From: a bacterium
Lineage (GTDB): Bacteria > UBA8248
NCBI GenBank assembly: GCA_965221165.1
Contig: CBDCRP010000002.1
Location: 480,001 to 544,000, forward strand
Reading direction: 5' to 3'
Length of the DNA: 64,000 nt
Shown here: piece after piece, positions 61,325 through 64,000 of the stretch
Layout: every line of letters starts with the position of its first letter
Position numbering within the stretch: position 1 is the first letter of the stretch
The notes under the pieces: generated by a model
Told to the model about the DNA's origin: nothing
Database searches by the model: none
What the model saw: only the letters and a program-made list of their open reading frames with translations
Made by a program: the position numbers and the translations under genes

Positions 61325-62551
61325 CTACCCCTCGGGCGGAACGCTCCAGGACACGATGTTCTTGTCTCTCAATTCCTCGAGTTCACCGGACCCCATGCCG
61401 AGCAGATCACCCAGAACCTCTCTCGTGTGCTCTCCCAGATAGGGCGCTCTGACGTACTTCATATCCGCGCCCGGCAGTCTTATGGGCGACCCGAGAACCT
61501 TCATCCTCCCCGCCACGGGGTGCTCCATCTCGACAATCATGTCCCGCGCCAGAATCTGGGGGTCTTCCATCGCCTGCGCCACGGTGTTCACCGGCGCGAA
61601 GGGAACGGACCCCTGAAGCAGGTCGGTCCACTCCGCGTTCGTTTTCTCCTGGAACGCCTTTTCGAGGATACCCAGCAGAACTTCGCGGTTCTCGAATCGA
61701 TCCTGGGCCAGCTTGAAGCGCGGGTCCTCGGCCAGCGCCGGCATACCCATGCGTTCGACGAGAATGGGGAAGAAACTCTGCTTGAGGCAAAGCACGCTTA
61801 TCCAGCCGTCTTTGGTCTCGAAATTCTGCGCGGGCACCATAGAGGGGTGCGCGCTTCGGGAGAATTTTTGCGGCACATAACCACAGTTGAGCGTCCAGGT
61901 GGCCATGTACGCAAGCTGCACCAAAGCGCCGTCCATCAGCGACACGTCGACGTCCCTGCCCTTTCCGGTGCGGTTCGCCTCCCACAGCGCGGCCAACAGG
62001 CCCACGAGCGATATGAATCCGCCCGTGAAATCCACGAAACTCACGCCCGCCTTGGTGGGGGGGCCGTCGGGCTCTCCCGTCAGGTCCATGATGCCCGCGT
62101 AGGCCTGCATGAGGTAGTCATAGGCCGGTTCAGGCGCTCTGGGGCCCGTCATCCCGTAGCCCGAGAGAAAACAGCACACGATTTTCTCGTTGTAGGGGCT
62201 CAGGTGCTTATACGTTAGTTCGAGCTTCTCGGGCGCCGAGCCCCTGCAATTCGCATAGAGCGCGTCCGCCTTGGGGACGAGTTTGCGCAATATCGCCTTG
62301 CCCTCGGGCGTGCGGATCCTGAGCGCGACGCTCTTCTTGTTGCGGTTGAAGGACTGGAAATAGTAGCTGTCGTTATCCGGAAGGGCATACGGGGGAACGG
62401 GCCGCGCGGAATCGCCGCCCACGGCGTGATCCTCAATTTTGATGACCTCGGCCCCCATATCCCCCAACAGTTGCGAGGCCAGCGGCCCCGCCCCGAACTG
62501 CTCCACCGCCAGGATTCGAAGCCCCTCCAGCGGAAGTCGACCATCCATCAA
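61325..62551 (-). CDS. Family III CoA-transferase (CaiB/BaiF)
   Basis: PLEGLRIL, GAEVIKIE, NRNKKS, APYLGEHT. Confidence 0.93.
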   Translation of the reverse strand: MMDGRLPLEGLRILAVEQFGAGPLASQLLGDMGAEVIKIEDHAVGGDSARPVPPYALPDNDSYYFQSFNRNKKSVALRIRTPEGKAILRKLVPKADALYANCRGSAPEKLELTYKHLSPYNEKIVCCFLSGYGMTGPRAPEPAYDYLMQAYAGIMDLTGEPDGPPTKAGVSFVDFTGGFISLVGLLAALWEANRTGKGRDVDVSLMDGALVQLAYMATWTLNCGYVPQKFSRSAHPSMVPAQNFETKDGWISVLCLKQSFFPILVERMGMPALAEDPRFKLAQDRFENREVLLGILEKAFQEKTNAEWTDLLQGSVPFAPVNTVAQAMEDPQILARDMIVEMEHPVAGRMKVLGSPIRLPGADMKYVRAPYLGEHTREVLGDLLGMGSGELEELRDKNIVSWSVPPEG

Positions 62552-62834
62552 TCACACCCTTTCCGGAATCACCTACCCGGATTCATCGCACCAACCGGGA
62601 AAATTCTATTTGCCAGGCTTGAAATCCACCCGAATCTCAAACAATTTCAACGCTTTCCGGCTTCAATCACTCATCAACACAGATGAACGCACATGAGATT
62701 ATTACAAAACATCACGAAAGTATATTTGCCGTTTCTTTCGCGCCCCGGATTTTGCTAGAATCCTGCTACCTTGGTTCAGTTTCAATACACCTGAAAGGCT
62801 TCGTCTTTCGCAACATGGGGAATAGCACTCATTC

Positions 62835-63581
62835 ATGGTCACAAAAATATCGATTCAAAACTTGAGAAAAATCTATGACACCCCCGAAAGAAGGGTGCAC
62901 GCTCTCGAGGGCGTGAACCTCAATATCGAGGACGGCGAATTCATCTGCCTCGTGGGGCTTTCGGGCTGCGGGAAGACGACCCTGCTCAACATGCTCGCCG
63001 GCTTCGTCGAGATCACCGCGGGCACAATCACAATGGACGGAAAAACGCTCACCCAGGACTACGACAAGGGCGTCGTGTTCCAGGAGTACGCCCTCTTCCC
63101 GTGGCGCACGGCGAGGCAGAACGTGGAATACGGCCTGGAAATCCGAAACGTGCCCGAGGAGGAACGCAGGAAAATCGCACAAGACTACCTCCGTCTCGTC
63201 CGCCTCGAGGAGTTCGCGGATTTCTTCCCGCACAACCTTTCGGGCGGCATGCGCCAACGGGTGGCGGTGGCGAGAGCCATGGCGTTCGACCCGCAAATCC
63301 TCCTGATGGACGAGCCCTTCGGCGCGCTCGACGCCCAGACGCGCGAGGAATTACAGGAGTTGACCGTCGACGTATGGCAGAAGACGAGAAAAACGATTCT
63401 CTACGTCACGCACAATCTGAGCGAAGCCGTCTACCTCGGGAACCGGATCGTGGTTTTCGTTCCGAATCCGGGAAGAATCCGCGAGATCGTAAGAGTCGAT
63501 CTACCGAGGCCCCGTGACGATCTCGCGCCCGAGTTCATCAAACTACAACGACACGTGAACGATATGATTCGCGATTTTTAG
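62835..63581 (+). CDS. Nitrate/sulfonate/taurine-type ABC ATP-binding protein
   Basis: GLSGCGKT, LSGGMRQRV, MDEPFGALDAQTR. Confidence 0.93.
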   Translation: MVTKISIQNLRKIYDTPERRVHALEGVNLNIEDGEFICLVGLSGCGKTTLLNMLAGFVEITAGTITMDGKTLTQDYDKGVVFQEYALFPWRTARQNVEYGLEIRNVPEEERRKIAQDYLRLVRLEEFADFFPHNLSGGMRQRVAVARAMAFDPQILLMDEPFGALDAQTREELQELTVDVWQKTRKTILYVTHNLSEAVYLGNRIVVFVPNPGRIREIVRVDLPRPRDDLAPEFIKLQRHVNDMIRDF

Positions 63582-63594
63582 AGAGGAATTATCC

Positions 63595-64000
63595 ATGCAG
63601 ACATCCGAGACAACGCCTGTTCCTCCATCGTTGGACGAGAGGAAAAAAGAAGTGAGAACGCCGTTTTGGGTGAAGCTGAGGCCGATATACCCGTTCATCG
63701 TCATCCTGGCCATCTGGCAGGTCGCGGCCATGCAGGCCCAGGGCAACCAGGGCAGGCTCTTCCCCACCGTGGACGCCATCGTAACTCGGGCCTGGGAGCT
63801 GGTGACGGATCCCTTGTTCCGGGCGTTGGCCGAAAACCCGAACCTGGGACTCATTGACCAGTTCTTGAAACTCCTGGAGAGTCCGATTCTCCTGCATACG
63901 CTGAACACCGCGTGGCGGCTTCCGTTCGCATTCTTCATCGCCGCCGTCGTCGGCACCATCGTGGGCATAATGATGGGCCGCTTCGCTTTTTGGGAATCGT
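63595..64000 (+). CDS. Nitrate/sulfonate-type ABC permease, 3'-truncated by window
   Basis: GAGG RBS; MQTSE…LAIWQVAA…LFPTVDAI…HTLNTAWRL…GIMMGRF open to the window end. Confidence 0.8.
   Translation, partial: MQTSETTPVPPSLDERKKEVRTPFWVKLRPIYPFIVILAIWQVAAMQAQGNQGRLFPTVDAIVTRAWELVTDPLFRALAENPNLGLIDQFLKLLESPILLHTLNTAWRLPFAFFIAAVVGTIVGIMMGRFAFWES

Overview
Bacterial chromosomal window, mostly GC-rich and metabolic. 1-12 kb: Dpp/Opp ABC transporter, FadF-like Fe-S oxidoreductase, acyl-CoA dehydrogenase, class IV aminotransferase, lpdA. 12-21 kb accessory zone: orphan DinJ/RelB antitoxin, pentapeptide-repeat membrane protein, class II RNR (nrdJ) with DnaA and NrdR boxes, an IS1-family element and tRNA-Ala(CGC). 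21-35 kb lower-GC block: AhpD-like protein, Mo-hydroxylase large subunit, queF, frameshifted ADH, RND pump, integrase remnant. 35-52 kb: ~17-kb catabolic cluster bracketed by diverged direct repeats and mobile-element debris. 52-64 kb: 2-oxoacid dehydrogenase E1, a MauG-like cytochrome operon, a CoA-transferase and an ABC importer. Strongest signals: (1) a complete IS1-family cargo transposon (perfect 21-bp IRs, 8-bp TSD) carrying a DUF5343-like gene and two irregular CCA-ending tRNA-like genes with mismatched identity elements (Cys-like body with Ala anticodon; Ala G3:U70 acceptor with no normal anticodon arm); (2) a three-unit ~105-bp structured-RNA array with covarying stems and a conserved loop right after nrdJ; (3) an AhpD/CMD selenoprotein candidate (CxxU plus SECIS-like hairpin) that the ORF track splits in two; (4) an ADH disrupted by an exact 8-bp duplication. 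All family calls come from motif recognition by eye; no searches were run.
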